The translations under genes and the position numbers were made by a program. The notes below the pieces were generated by a model. It was not told where the DNA came from. It worked only from the letters and a program-made list of their open reading frames with translations, and did not search any database. 54,194 nt of DNA from a virus, in the IMG/VR virus record IMGVR_UViG_3300045988_080883. One strand, 5' to 3'. Positions 34,236-43,584 of the stretch are shown piece by piece; the stretch's first letter is position 1; the number at the start of each line of letters is the position of its first letter.

Positions 34236-34429
34236 CGAAGATCCTGATGACCGTGTATGGCATCACCGCAGAGCAGGCAGCAGCCCGGCTCCCGACGGCG
34301 CAGTTCGTTTTGACTGCTGCCGTTGCAGCCGTATTCGTCTGGCTGGACAGCAACGGCGCACTGGACGACGTAGGCCGCTGGATTGGCCGGACACTCCGGG
34401 AGGTGCTGGATGCTGTATCCGAGGACTGA
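34232..34429 (+). CDS. hypothetical membrane-associated protein
   Basis: ATGA overlap with the preceding gene. One hydrophobic segment (FVLTAAVAAVFVWL). Confidence 0.4.
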   Translation: MTKILMTVYGITAEQAAARLPTAQFVLTAAVAAVFVWLDSNGALDDVGRWIGRTLREVLDAVSED

Positions 34430-34589
34430 TGCGGAGGCTGGCTACCCTGACCCTCCTGTGTGCCCCATCTGCCACCAGCGGTGCGATATCATCTATCGCG
34501 CCGAGGATGGAACAATCGTAGGCTGCGACCGCTGCATAGAGGCCGCAGACGCATGGGAAGTCAACGAGTGCTTCCCGGAAAAGGAGTAA
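34410..34589 (+). CDS. hypothetical Zn-ribbon protein
   Basis: ATG 34410 after GGGAGG. CPIC...CDRC motifs. Confidence 0.4.
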   Translation: MLYPRTDAEAGYPDPPVCPICHQRCDIIYRAEDGTIVGCDRCIEAADAWEVNECFPEKE

Positions 34590-34593
34590 CCCT

Positions 34594-35652
34594 ATGAAAT
34601 ATGGAAGAAGTTTGCAGGAATTGGCGATTGAACTTGATCGGCAAGCCAAGGTCAAAAAGGACTACGTTGCCACGGCGGGTGCTATGCAGATGACCGCCGT
34701 CAACGAGAACTTTGACCTCGTGATTGGCAACACCCCATTCCAGCTGAATGAGAATGCTCACCGTCAGCTGGGATTGCAGCTGAAAATCCCGGCGCCCTAC
34801 TACGAGCGGATGCGGGCAGAGAACCCCGGCTTGCTGATGGCAAACGTCAATGGCTGGTTCCAGCAGTCCCCGGACACCCGCCGCATGGTTCGCACCCTTG
34901 ATGGCACCGCCCGCGCCATTCTCTCCGACCGTTACCGCCGCATCGACAATTACGAGGTCGCCCAGAAGGTCCTGCCGATTATCTCTGAAATGCAGGGTGC
35001 CCGCATTGAAAGCTGTGAACTGACCGATACCCGTATGTACATCAAGGTTGTCAACGAGCGCATCCAGACCGAGGTAGTGCCGGGGGACATTGTTCAGGCC
35101 GGCATCTTGATTTCCAATTCTGAGGTCGGCATGGGCAGCGTGTCCGTGAAGCCGCTGATTTACCGGCTTGTCTGCACCAATGGCATGGTGGCGGATGTGG
35201 GCGTTGGCAAACGCCACGTTGGCCGCATCAACGAAAGCGTGGATGGTGATTTCAGGATTTTCCGGGATGAGACCATCGAAGCTGAAGACCGGGCATTCCT
35301 GATGAAGATTGAGGACACCGTCCGGGCAGCGGTCGATGAAGCCCGGTTCAATACGCTGGTGCAGAAACTCCGGGATGCCAAGAAAGCTCCCATTCTCCCG
35401 GCGGCGGCTCCCAAGGTAGTTGAGCTTGCGGCCAAGGAGTTCGACATCCGCCAGAGCGAGAGCGAGGGCATTCTGGGACATCTTATTGCGGGCGGTGACC
35501 TTTCCCTCTATGGTCTGGCAAATGCTGTTACCCGGCATGCGCAGGATGTACAAAGCTATGATCGCAGCACTGAACTGGAGGCCACTGGCTACAAGATTAT
35601 CACCATGCAGCCCGCGCTGTTGAAGCGTTGGAACGAGGAGGTGATCTTTTGA
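34594..35652 (+). CDS. DUF932-family phage/plasmid protein
   Basis: 352 aa. RAILSDRYRRIDNYEV...ISNSEVGMGSVSV..LIYRLVCTNGMV matches the DUF932 pattern. Confidence 0.7.
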   Translation: MKYGRSLQELAIELDRQAKVKKDYVATAGAMQMTAVNENFDLVIGNTPFQLNENAHRQLGLQLKIPAPYYERMRAENPGLLMANVNGWFQQSPDTRRMVRTLDGTARAILSDRYRRIDNYEVAQKVLPIISEMQGARIESCELTDTRMYIKVVNERIQTEVVPGDIVQAGILISNSEVGMGSVSVKPLIYRLVCTNGMVADVGVGKRHVGRINESVDGDFRIFRDETIEAEDRAFLMKIEDTVRAAVDEARFNTLVQKLRDAKKAPILPAAAPKVVELAAKEFDIRQSESEGILGHLIAGGDLSLYGLANAVTRHAQDVQSYDRSTELEATGYKIITMQPALLKRWNEEVIF

Positions 35653-35804
35653 AAGTGAGAGGTAGAAAGCTGACCCGCCGCCAGAAGGAAGCCCTCTCTG
35701 CTGCCGGTTGGGACTGCACCGCATATCTCTGGGTTCGGAATATCCCGAACGGTATGGTGCTCCTGAATAAGGACACCGGGAAAACCATCATTTTTGGAAA
35801 GTAA
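35649..35804 (+). CDS. small DUF6906-like protein (51 aa)
   Basis: TTG 35649 lies 8 nt after GGAGG. KLTRRQKEALSAAGWDCTAYLWVRN is a pattern common in Firmicutes phages. Confidence 0.45.
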   Translation: MKVRGRKLTRRQKEALSAAGWDCTAYLWVRNIPNGMVLLNKDTGKTIIFGK

Positions 35805-35818
35805 AAGGAGGATGCCAC

Positions 35819-36721
35819 ATGGCACAGGAAACCGCATTGCAGGTTATCGAACTGCAGCAGTTGCCCATCATCGTTGAGCGGCTGCACAGCGTAAAAGCTG
35901 ACATCGAGCAGCGCACGGCTGACGCGCTCTCGCTGGTCTGCACAGAGCAGACTTATAAGAGCGTCAAGGATGCTCGCGCACAGCTGACCAAGGAATTCAA
36001 GGAATACGAAGCCCAGCGCATTGCCGTCAAGGAAAAAATCCTTGAACCATATACCGAGTTTGAAAAGGTTTATCGTGAGTGTGTGACGGTGCCGTTCCAG
36101 ACCGCAGACGCAGAACTGAAGCGTAAAATCACGGACGTTACTTCCGGCATCGTGGCGCAGAAGTCGGATGCTGTTCAGGAGTATTACAACGAGTTGGTGG
36201 CGGCTGCGGGCATTGACTGGATGGATGACTTGACCTACCGGCCGAAAGTCAACATGAGCGACAGTGTCACTGCCCTGAAAAAACAGGCAAAGGCGTTTGT
36301 GGATGGCATCGTGTCCGATGTTACTGCAATCGACGCTATGGAAAGTTCTGCGGAGGTCATGGTGGAATACCGGAAGAACCTCGACCTGCCCACAGCGATT
36401 AAAGTTGTGGATAACCGTCACAAGGCTCTCGAAGAGCAGCGGCGGCTGGAAGAAGAACGCCGTGTCAGGCAGGCAGAACGTGAAGCTGCGGCAGAAAAAG
36501 TTCGCGCCGCTGCTGCCGTAGCAGCCCAGACGCAGCCTGAACCAGCGCAGGAAATTTCAGTAGACCCGGAAATGCCTGTGCAGCCCGATGTCAAACCGGT
36601 CTCGCAGCCCAAGCCGGAACCCATTCTGATGACCCGCTTCTACGCAAAGGGCACGAAAGCGCAGCTTATCGGCCTGAAAAATTATCTTGAAAAGGAAGGT
36701 ATCGAATATGGCAACGTATAA
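35819..36721 (+). CDS. DUF1351-family protein (recombination module)
   Basis: 300 aa, directly upstream of recT, as is usual for DUF1351. Confidence 0.55.
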   Translation: MAQETALQVIELQQLPIIVERLHSVKADIEQRTADALSLVCTEQTYKSVKDARAQLTKEFKEYEAQRIAVKEKILEPYTEFEKVYRECVTVPFQTADAELKRKITDVTSGIVAQKSDAVQEYYNELVAAAGIDWMDDLTYRPKVNMSDSVTALKKQAKAFVDGIVSDVTAIDAMESSAEVMVEYRKNLDLPTAIKVVDNRHKALEEQRRLEEERRVRQAEREAAAEKVRAAAAVAAQTQPEPAQEISVDPEMPVQPDVKPVSQPKPEPILMTRFYAKGTKAQLIGLKNYLEKEGIEYGNV

Positions 36722-37685
36722 CAACCAGCTGCAAGCGCAGCAGAAGCCTAAGTTTTCTGTGGCGATAACCACTAAGGGCTATCAGTCTTTGATTGCCAAC
36801 ACCCTGCGTGACCCCGCCCGCGTTCGTCGCTTTACGGCAAGCATCACCTCAGCAGTCGCGGTCAATCCGGCTTTGCAGGAGTGCGATGCCGGCACGATTT
36901 TGGCCGGTGCCCTGCTGGGTGAAAGCCTGAACCTCAGCCCGTCCCCTCAGCTGGGGCAGTACTGCCTCGTGCCTTTCAAGCAGAAAGCCAAGTATGACCG
37001 CAACAACAGGCTGATCCGCCAGGAGAGTGTTACGGCACAGTTTGTTCTGGGCTATAAGGGCTACATCCAGCTGGCCTTACGCAGCGGTCAGTATGCGGAT
37101 CTCGATGTTACCGAGATTAAGCAGGGCGAGTATCTGGGCAAAGATTCGATGACCGGCAAGCCCAAGTTCCAGTTCATCGAAGACGATGACCAGCGGGATG
37201 CGCTACCTACCGTTGGCTACATGGCTTACTTTGAGTACATGAACGGTTTCCGCAAGGTGCTGTACTGGTCCAAAGAAAAAATGATGAACCACGCAGATAC
37301 CTACTCCAAGGCGTTCAGTCGGCAGAAGTACGAGGAATTGCTGGCTGGCAAAATCCCGGAGAGCGAAATGTGGAAGTATTCGTCCTTTTGGTATAAGTCG
37401 TTCGATGACATGGCAAAGAAAACCATGCTTCGACAGCTTATTTCTCGCTGGGGTGTTATGAGCATCGAAATGACCAAGGCTTTGGAAAGCGATAATGCCG
37501 TGGCAGCGGTAGCAGATAATGGCGAAATCCTTACTACGCAGGAGGTCGTGTCTGACGCACAGGAGCAGCCAGAACTTCATACTGGAAAGCCCGAAGTGGA
37601 CGCAGGACAGGCCTTGCCGCACGGTGATATTTCGCAGGGCGAGCCCACTGCCGTCGAAGAGGTTGTTGACCTCAGCTCGTTATGA
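36708..37685 (+). CDS. recT: RecT-family single-strand annealing protein
   Basis: Start ATG 36708. FTASITSAVAVNPALQECDAGTILAGALLGESLNLSPSPQLGQYCLVPF is RecT-like. Confidence 0.85.
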   Translation: MATYNNQLQAQQKPKFSVAITTKGYQSLIANTLRDPARVRRFTASITSAVAVNPALQECDAGTILAGALLGESLNLSPSPQLGQYCLVPFKQKAKYDRNNRLIRQESVTAQFVLGYKGYIQLALRSGQYADLDVTEIKQGEYLGKDSMTGKPKFQFIEDDDQRDALPTVGYMAYFEYMNGFRKVLYWSKEKMMNHADTYSKAFSRQKYEELLAGKIPESEMWKYSSFWYKSFDDMAKKTMLRQLISRWGVMSIEMTKALESDNAVAAVADNGEILTTQEVVSDAQEQPELHTGKPEVDAGQALPHGDISQGEPTAVEEVVDLSSL

Positions 37686-38332
37686 TCAGCTACAACATCA
37701 TCGCAACAGGCAGCAAGGGAAACGCCGTGGTGATTGAGCATGAGATTCTGATTGACTGTGGTGTTCCGTTCAAGGCTTTGGCCGCAGAATGGAAAACTCT
37801 GAAGCTGGTTCTCTTGACCCACATCCACTGTGACCACTTCCAGCCGTCAACGCTTCGACTACTGGCATCCAATCGCCCAACACTGCGATTCGCCTGCTGC
37901 GACTGGTTGTGCAAACCGCTGGTGGATGCAGGGGTGCAAATTTCCCAGATTGATGTTTTGACACCGGGAACTATGTACGGTTACGGCATCTGCAATGTCA
38001 TTCCGAACATGGTGAAGCACAATGTTCCGAACTGCGGATGGAAGGTCTGGCTCCCCGCCGGAAAGCTGTTCTACTGCACCGACATGAACAATCTGAACGG
38101 TATAGCCGCTCCGAACTATGACCTCTACATGGTCGAAGCCAACTACGAGGACGAGGAGATTCAGGCAAAAATCGCTGAGAAAAAGCTGACTGGTGAGTAT
38201 ATCTATGAAAAACGTGTCTTGCGTGACCACATGAGCGTTGCAAAAATCAATGATTGGCTCTATGCCAACATGGGGTCAAACAGTGCGTACATCTATATGC
38301 ACTGCCATCAGGACAAGGAGGATATCACATGA
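37682..38332 (+). CDS. metallo-beta-lactamase-fold hydrolase (putative recombination exonuclease partner)
   Basis: ATGA overlap with recT. The HIHCDH motif is the MBL H-x-H-x-D-H signature. Confidence 0.75.
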   Translation: MISYNIIATGSKGNAVVIEHEILIDCGVPFKALAAEWKTLKLVLLTHIHCDHFQPSTLRLLASNRPTLRFACCDWLCKPLVDAGVQISQIDVLTPGTMYGYGICNVIPNMVKHNVPNCGWKVWLPAGKLFYCTDMNNLNGIAAPNYDLYMVEANYEDEEIQAKIAEKKLTGEYIYEKRVLRDHMSVAKINDWLYANMGSNSAYIYMHCHQDKEDIT

Positions 38333-38859
38333 CCGGGCGGCTGGTGGATATGGCTTTTACCCTTGGCGGAAAGCAGCGTGTCACATTGGAACTCAACGGC
38401 GACTTCCGAGAAATCTGGGACAAGCTGCATCTGGAGCCGATTCTGGATGTGGAAGTCAAAAAGCACAGGGAGAAGCGCAGCCACAGTGCAAACGCCTACT
38501 TCCATGTTTTGGTCAACAAGATCGCCGCCGAAACTGGCGAATCGGACGACCTTGTGAAAGAGCGGCTGGTTGTGGCCTACGGCACGGTTGCGAGAGATAA
38601 GGATGGCTGCACCGTGGGCTTCAAACTTCCGGTCAGCGTGGATGTTCACGACCTCTACAAATACACCCGCTGCTTTGATGTGCGGGAAGAGGACGGAAAA
38701 TGGTTCAACTGCTACTTGGTTTACAAGGACACCAGCAAGATGGACACGAAAGAATTTTCACACCTGATTGACGGTGCGATTGATGAAGCCAAGGCTCTGG
38801 GTATCGAGACGGATACCCCGGAGCAGTTGGCCCGGTACAAGGAGGAATGGTCACGATGA
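38329..38859 (+). CDS. hypothetical protein (NinB-like motif, tentative)
   Basis: Start ATG 38329 after AAGGAGG. The KRSHSANAYFHVLVNKIA motif is present. Confidence 0.35.
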   Translation: MTGRLVDMAFTLGGKQRVTLELNGDFREIWDKLHLEPILDVEVKKHREKRSHSANAYFHVLVNKIAAETGESDDLVKERLVVAYGTVARDKDGCTVGFKLPVSVDVHDLYKYTRCFDVREEDGKWFNCYLVYKDTSKMDTKEFSHLIDGAIDEAKALGIETDTPEQLARYKEEWSR

Positions 38860-39245
38860 AAGGCCGAATCGTCATCTGCGACTACTGCGGAACGCCCGCA
38901 GACTTCGTAGACAGTTCGGTGGTTTACCACGGCCACAGCTTCGGCATGATTTACCTCTGCCCTCGCTGCGGCGCCTATGTCGGCGTACACAAGGGGTCTG
39001 ACAAACCCCTTGGCCGCTTGGCAAATTCGGAGTTGCGCAACTGGAAAAAGGCAGCTCATGCAGCATTTGACCCGCTCTGGAAATACGGTCCCTACCGTGG
39101 CCGCCGGAATGAGGCCTACCGCTGGCTGTCCGAAAAGATGGGCACCCCGATTGAATTTACGCATATTGGAATGTTCGATGTGGACCAGTGCCGCAAGGTG
39201 GTCCGCATCATGCGAGAAGAAAGGAACCAGTTATGGAAGATTTGA
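38856..39245 (+). CDS. zinc-finger protein (DUF3268-like)
   Basis: CDYCG...CPRCG motifs followed by NWKKAAHAAFDPLW. ATGA-type overlap with the preceding gene. Confidence 0.45.
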   Translation: MKGRIVICDYCGTPADFVDSSVVYHGHSFGMIYLCPRCGAYVGVHKGSDKPLGRLANSELRNWKKAAHAAFDPLWKYGPYRGRRNEAYRWLSEKMGTPIEFTHIGMFDVDQCRKVVRIMREERNQLWKI

Positions 39246-39433
39246 ACGTCCAGACCATCGCTATCCCGGTTGAGGAGTACAAGGAACTGCTCCAGAAGCA
39301 GGCCGAACTCAGCCTCATTTATCACAAGGGTGCACGCGGCAGCGTTTACGACATTGGTAACTTTGTGCTGGATTTGATGCTTGCGGTTCATCCGGAGCTG
39401 ATTACCAAGCAGGAGGACACCGATGCTGAATAA
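39233..39433 (+). CDS. hypothetical protein
   Basis: 66 aa, in the early operon. Confidence 0.35.
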   Translation: MEDLNVQTIAIPVEEYKELLQKQAELSLIYHKGARGSVYDIGNFVLDLMLAVHPELITKQEDTDAE

Positions 39434-39962
39434 TTGCACATTTCAGGGCCGCTTCGCCGCTGATCCTGAAATGCGGACCACACAGAGCGGCCTGACAGTT
39501 GCCAGCTTTCGCATGGCCGTTGACCGGGATAATATCGGTCAGGATGGCCGGCGGGCTACCGATTGGCTGAATTTCGTGGCATGGCGTAAAACAGCAGAGT
39601 TCGTTTGCCAGTATTTCCGCAAGGGTAGCACGGCTCTTGTGGAGTGCCAGTGCCAAACCCGCTCCTACGAGGACAAGAACGGTCAGAAGCGCACCGCCAC
39701 CGAGTTTGTGGTCCAGAAGATTCACTTCTGTGGTCCCAAGACTGAGCAGCGTGTCGATGACAGCGGCGAAGCACCGCCGCCGGGCTACCAGCAGCCGTCC
39801 TATCAGAACCAGCAGCCGCAGCAGACGGGCTTTAACACCCAGAGCCAGCGGCAGCAGTGGCAGGGCGCAGAAGCTGCTCCCGAAGTTGCACAACCCAGTT
39901 ACTCGCAGGGCAATCCCGATGATTTCTCTGAAATTGACGATGGCGATGACCTGCCGTTCTAA
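39423..39962 (+). CDS. ssb: single-stranded DNA-binding protein
   Basis: OB-fold N-terminus (FQGRFAADPEMRTTQSGLTVASFRMAV), Gln/Pro-rich linker and acidic DDGDDLPF tail. Confidence 0.9.
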   Translation: MLNNCTFQGRFAADPEMRTTQSGLTVASFRMAVDRDNIGQDGRRATDWLNFVAWRKTAEFVCQYFRKGSTALVECQCQTRSYEDKNGQKRTATEFVVQKIHFCGPKTEQRVDDSGEAPPPGYQQPSYQNQQPQQTGFNTQSQRQQWQGAEAAPEVAQPSYSQGNPDDFSEIDDGDDLPF

Positions 39963-39972
39963 GGAGGTTTGA

Positions 39973-40836
39973 ATGGCAACAGGTAAGCGGTACTACTGGA
40001 TAAAACTCAAAGATAGCTTCATGTCCTCGGACGCAATCGACTACCTGATGAGCCAGCCAGATGGCGCCAACTATGTTGTTCTCTATCAAATGCTCTGCCT
40101 TAAAACCATAAACACGGGCGGCTGTCTGGTGTCAAAAATCGGAGAGATGCTCATTCCCTATGATGTTGAAAAGATTCAGAGAGAATGCAAATGGTTTTCT
40201 CTGGCAACCGTCCGTGTGGCTCTTGAGGTGTACAAGCAAATCGGCCTTGTTTTTGAAAACCCAGACGGAACGCTGTCGATTTCCGATTATTCGGAAATGA
40301 TAGGCAGTGAAACTGACTGGGCGGCCAAGAAGCGCAGGCAGACACTACAAGCCGCAAATTCTCCTCTTTCCATTGGGGAAAGTGGTAGGGATACCACTGG
40401 GGAAAATCTCCCCATAGAGAAAGAGATAGATAAAGATAAAGAGAAAGATAAAGAGATAGAGAACAGAGTAAGAGATAACGGCAGCGGCGGTTTTCCGGCT
40501 GCCGACCCCGGATTGGCCGAGATTATCCGGTCTTTCGAGGACAACATCGGCAGCTTTCCCCCAGCTGCAAGGGATGCCCTGACGGGCTGGCGGGAGATTT
40601 TCGCGGACGACCTCATTCTGCTGGCTATCAAAAAGGCTGCTCTGTCCGGCGTTCGCAAGTGGAACTACATCAACGGCATTTTGAAGGCATGGAAAAACGA
40701 GGGCGTGAAAACCCTTGGTGATGTGCAAGCCCGCGACCAGCGGCGTAAGCCCCCGGCGGGTCAGCAGCCAAAGCGTTCTGCTGCTGATGACTACGATGAA
40801 ATTTTTGGAGAACTTTTAGGAGGCTCGACAACATGA
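39973..40836 (+). CDS. phage replisome organizer with DnaD-like C-terminal domain
   Basis: The N-terminus YYWIKLKDSFMSSDAIDYLMSQPDGANYVVLYQMLCL is the replisome-organizer N-region. The C-terminus WNYINGILKAWKNEGVKTLGDV is DnaD-like. Confidence 0.8.
   Translation: MATGKRYYWIKLKDSFMSSDAIDYLMSQPDGANYVVLYQMLCLKTINTGGCLVSKIGEMLIPYDVEKIQRECKWFSLATVRVALEVYKQIGLVFENPDGTLSISDYSEMIGSETDWAAKKRRQTLQAANSPLSIGESGRDTTGENLPIEKEIDKDKEKDKEIENRVRDNGSGGFPAADPGLAEIIRSFEDNIGSFPPAARDALTGWREIFADDLILLAIKKAALSGVRKWNYINGILKAWKNEGVKTLGDVQARDQRRKPPAGQQPKRSAADDYDEIFGELLGGSTT
40414..40480. repeat. purine-rich degenerate tandem repeats (AGATAAAGA units) inside the replisome organizer gene; candidate origin iterons
   Basis: ATAGAGAAAGAGATAGATAAAGATAAAGAGAAAGATAAAGAGATAGAGAACAGAGTAAGAGATAACGG. 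The first 50 nt (40414-40463) contain no cytosine. Confidence 0.4.
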
Positions 40837-41423
40837 CCGATATGAAATTGCGTGAGCTGCTGGTGGTGATTGATGACCACTACGGCCGTGCCCGCAGCTT
40901 GGAGGAGCGCAGGGCTGACACGCAAATCTACATCCGGGCGTTTGGCACCATCCCGGACGAGATTGTGGAAAAGGCACTGTATACGGCCTTTACACAGTGC
41001 AGATTCCAGAACCAGCTGATTGTGGACTGGTGTGCTGAAATCAAAAAGCTGCTGTCAGCCCAGCAGCCCTCGGCAAATGACCTCTGGGCGCAGGCTGCGG
41101 CAGCTGCCCGGAAAATCGAGGCCAATCTGTACTACCAGACCCACGGCGGATTCATTGCCCCCGATGGGCGCAAGCTGAAAGGCGAAGATTTCAAAAAGGA
41201 AAACGCGAAAATCTTCGCCGCCCTCCCGATGGTAGTACAGCGGTGGGCTGGCTCCCCGGCAGATCTGTCAGAGATTTTCAGCAGCCGCAGCAGCGCGGAT
41301 CTGCGCCAGTTCGTCCGTCCGGGTTTTGACCGGGCTGTGCAGGATGCCCCGGTTGAGAATTTGCAGCCCCCGGCTCTGCCCGGCGGCGCAGCTCCGGCAC
41401 AGATTGGAGGTGGCACGGCATGA
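40833..41423 (+). CDS. hypothetical replication-module protein
   Basis: ATGA overlap with the organizer gene, 196 aa. A helicase-loader role is only a positional guess. Confidence 0.3.
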   Translation: MTDMKLRELLVVIDDHYGRARSLEERRADTQIYIRAFGTIPDEIVEKALYTAFTQCRFQNQLIVDWCAEIKKLLSAQQPSANDLWAQAAAAARKIEANLYYQTHGGFIAPDGRKLKGEDFKKENAKIFAALPMVVQRWAGSPADLSEIFSSRSSADLRQFVRPGFDRAVQDAPVENLQPPALPGGAAPAQIGGGTA

Positions 41424-41980
41424 GATTGGAAAGACCATTCCGCAGCCTGATCGTGTGCGTTTCGTGTGCGATGGTTGGCTGCATCCTCGCAAGCACGGCC
41501 TACTCCCGGCGGGTGGACGAGTTGGAAATCGAGCGGGATATCTACGCCAGCAAGTCATCCAACTGGGAGCGCATGGCCGGAGAACGTGATGAAACCATTG
41601 ACCAACTCCAAACCGAGGTAGACAAGCTGACCGCAGAACTGAACGCCCAGACCGATTTGACCCTTACATACGCCGGGGCGTTCAGCTGCACGGCCTATTG
41701 TTCCGAGGAATACGCCCACATCTGTGGCGAGGGGCACGGCATCACATCCAGCGGCGCGAAGGTGCAGCCGGGTGTAACCGTAGCTGCTGACACCAGCGTT
41801 CTGCCCTACGGCACAGTGGTCTATATCGAGGGCGTAGGCCTCCGGGTCGTTCAGGACACTGGCGGAGCGGTAAAAGGTAACAAGCTGGATGTGGCGGTAA
41901 ACACCCATGCAGAGGCTCTAAGCTGGTCTGGGTGGGGCTCCCGCCGGGTCTGGATTATTTCGGGAGGTGTTGAACCGTGA
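41420..41980 (+). CDS. 3D-domain protein with N-terminal TM and coiled coil
   Basis: The TM is SLIVCVSCAMVGCILAS. The C-terminus TAYCSEE...GITSSGAKVQPGVTVAADTSVLPYGTVVYIEG...VVQDTGGAVKGNKLDV matches the 3D (MltA-like barrel) domain. Confidence 0.7.
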   Translation: MRLERPFRSLIVCVSCAMVGCILASTAYSRRVDELEIERDIYASKSSNWERMAGERDETIDQLQTEVDKLTAELNAQTDLTLTYAGAFSCTAYCSEEYAHICGEGHGITSSGAKVQPGVTVAADTSVLPYGTVVYIEGVGLRVVQDTGGAVKGNKLDVAVNTHAEALSWSGWGSRRVWIISGGVEP

Positions 41981-42729
41981 AAAAACCGTTTGAGACCGAA
42001 ATGGACGATACCAGACAGGCGGTCGGACAAATCGTGTGTTTGTGCACCACCATTGCGCTGCATCAGGAGTTCGGCGTCGGCAAGACCAGACTGGAGCGCA
42101 TTAAAGCTAGAATTGACGAGTTGGAGAACCAGAACACCGAGGTCATTATGACCCCGGATGCAAACGGCAGACCCTCCAAGAACAAGGCCGAGGCAATCCG
42201 GGAAAGCTGGTTGGCTGGGTGCGTTTCTTCTGACTACCGAATCCCGATGGTGAGAATGCCTCGTGGGCGCAAAGAGCAGCAGTACCGCATGGCTGGCGAC
42301 AGAGCCGCCAAAATTGCTTGGCAGATTTACGCCAAGGCGGTTATTGATGTGCTGCACTACGGTCCAGACCGCTTGGAACGGTTGCGCAAGGAAAGCCATG
42401 CCAACTATGAGCAGCTGAACAAGTGGGGGCATGAGGATGGTCTGGACGTTGCGATGGAAAAGCTGCGCCGCTGCGCTGCCGATGCCATGCAAGCCCCGGA
42501 TCTGGAAGTTGCTGATATCGATGGCAGCAAGGATGCCGTGGAAGTGGACAAAGAATTCCGTAAGCAGCAGCTGAATTTCATCAAGCGTGTCCGGGCACAG
42601 ACACTTGGTCGCATCGGTGCCACCTCACAGCCCGTCAACGTACTGGCTGAGCAGGGTGTGCAGAACAAGGTTCAGCTGATTATGCAGCAGGTTTCCCAGC
42701 AGTCTTTTGAGCGTAGGAGGAGACGTTGA
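41977..42729 (+). CDS. hypothetical protein
   Basis: GTG start overlaps the preceding stop. 250 aa. No family was recognised. Confidence 0.35.
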   Translation: MKKPFETEMDDTRQAVGQIVCLCTTIALHQEFGVGKTRLERIKARIDELENQNTEVIMTPDANGRPSKNKAEAIRESWLAGCVSSDYRIPMVRMPRGRKEQQYRMAGDRAAKIAWQIYAKAVIDVLHYGPDRLERLRKESHANYEQLNKWGHEDGLDVAMEKLRRCAADAMQAPDLEVADIDGSKDAVEVDKEFRKQQLNFIKRVRAQTLGRIGATSQPVNVLAEQGVQNKVQLIMQQVSQQSFERRRRR

Positions 42730-42730
42730 T

Positions 42731-43054
42731 ATGGCACAAAATGAGTACGGCGAGAAGCTGGACAGCAATGGCTATGCGCCCAGCATCCTCAGCAAGAGCC
42801 CCACCTGTCTGATTTGCGGGCGGTATCGCACCGCCCGGCACGAAGTCTTTTTCGGACCGTACCGGGATAAGAGCAAGCGGCTTGGCCTGTGGGCAAACCT
42901 CTGCCCTTGGTGCCACCAGAACGGCGTGACTGCCGTACATACAAATAGAGAGGCCGATCTCCGCTTAAAAAAGTGGGCGCAGAAAAAGGCCATGGAGTAT
43001 TACGGCTGGCCAGAGGCGCGGTTCATCCAAGAGTTTGGGAGGTCGTACCTGTGA
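42731..43054 (+). CDS. Cys/His-rich zinc-finger protein (HNH-like, tentative)
   Basis: CLICG...RHEVFFG...CPWCH..GVTAVH motifs. It lies upstream of the resolvase gene. Confidence 0.4.
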   Translation: MAQNEYGEKLDSNGYAPSILSKSPTCLICGRYRTARHEVFFGPYRDKSKRLGLWANLCPWCHQNGVTAVHTNREADLRLKKWAQKKAMEYYGWPEARFIQEFGRSYL

Positions 43055-43560
43055 GCACCTTTCCGATTATCGCTATCGACCCCGGCAACACCCAGTCTGG
43101 CTACTGCGTGATTGATCGCAGCACCCTGCGCCCTCTGGAATTTGGAAAAATCGACAATGCAGAGCTGCTGCAAAAGCTTTCCTCTGCCGGGGCACAGGGC
43201 TGGCGGTGGGCGGTCATCGAGATGGTGGCCTCCTACGGAATGTCGGTTGGTCGGGACGTTTTCGACACTACGGTCTGGATCGGCCGCTTTTACCAAGTTC
43301 TTTCCGACCAATGCCCGGTGCGAATGCTGTGCCGCATCGAGGAGAAAAAGCACATTTGCCACGACAGCAGAGCCAACGATACCGCCATCCGGCGGGCGTT
43401 GATTGACCGATTTGCAGCCCATGACCTGAAAAACGGCAAGGGCACAAAGAAAAAGCCGGATTTCTTCTATGGCTTTAAGGCCGATGTGTGGGCAGCCTAC
43501 GCACTTGGCCTGACCGCCATCGAGAACCGGGAGAACGACTACAAATTTTCGACTACTTAA
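43051..43560 (+). CDS. RuvC-like Holliday junction resolvase
   Basis: GTG 43051 after GGGAGG. IIAIDPGNTQSGYCVID and AVIEMVASYG fit the RuvC-fold catalytic Asp and Glu. Confidence 0.6.
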   Translation: MSTFPIIAIDPGNTQSGYCVIDRSTLRPLEFGKIDNAELLQKLSSAGAQGWRWAVIEMVASYGMSVGRDVFDTTVWIGRFYQVLSDQCPVRMLCRIEEKKHICHDSRANDTAIRRALIDRFAAHDLKNGKGTKKKPDFFYGFKADVWAAYALGLTAIENRENDYKFSTT

Positions 43561-43584
43561 AAGCTACTTGAAAGGAGCTTCATC

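Noticed and set aside
40414-40480. Short tandem purine-rich repeats considered as a CRISPR array or minisatellite
   Set aside because: The units are 8-10 nt, degenerate, without spacers, and lie in frame inside a coding sequence. Not CRISPR-like.
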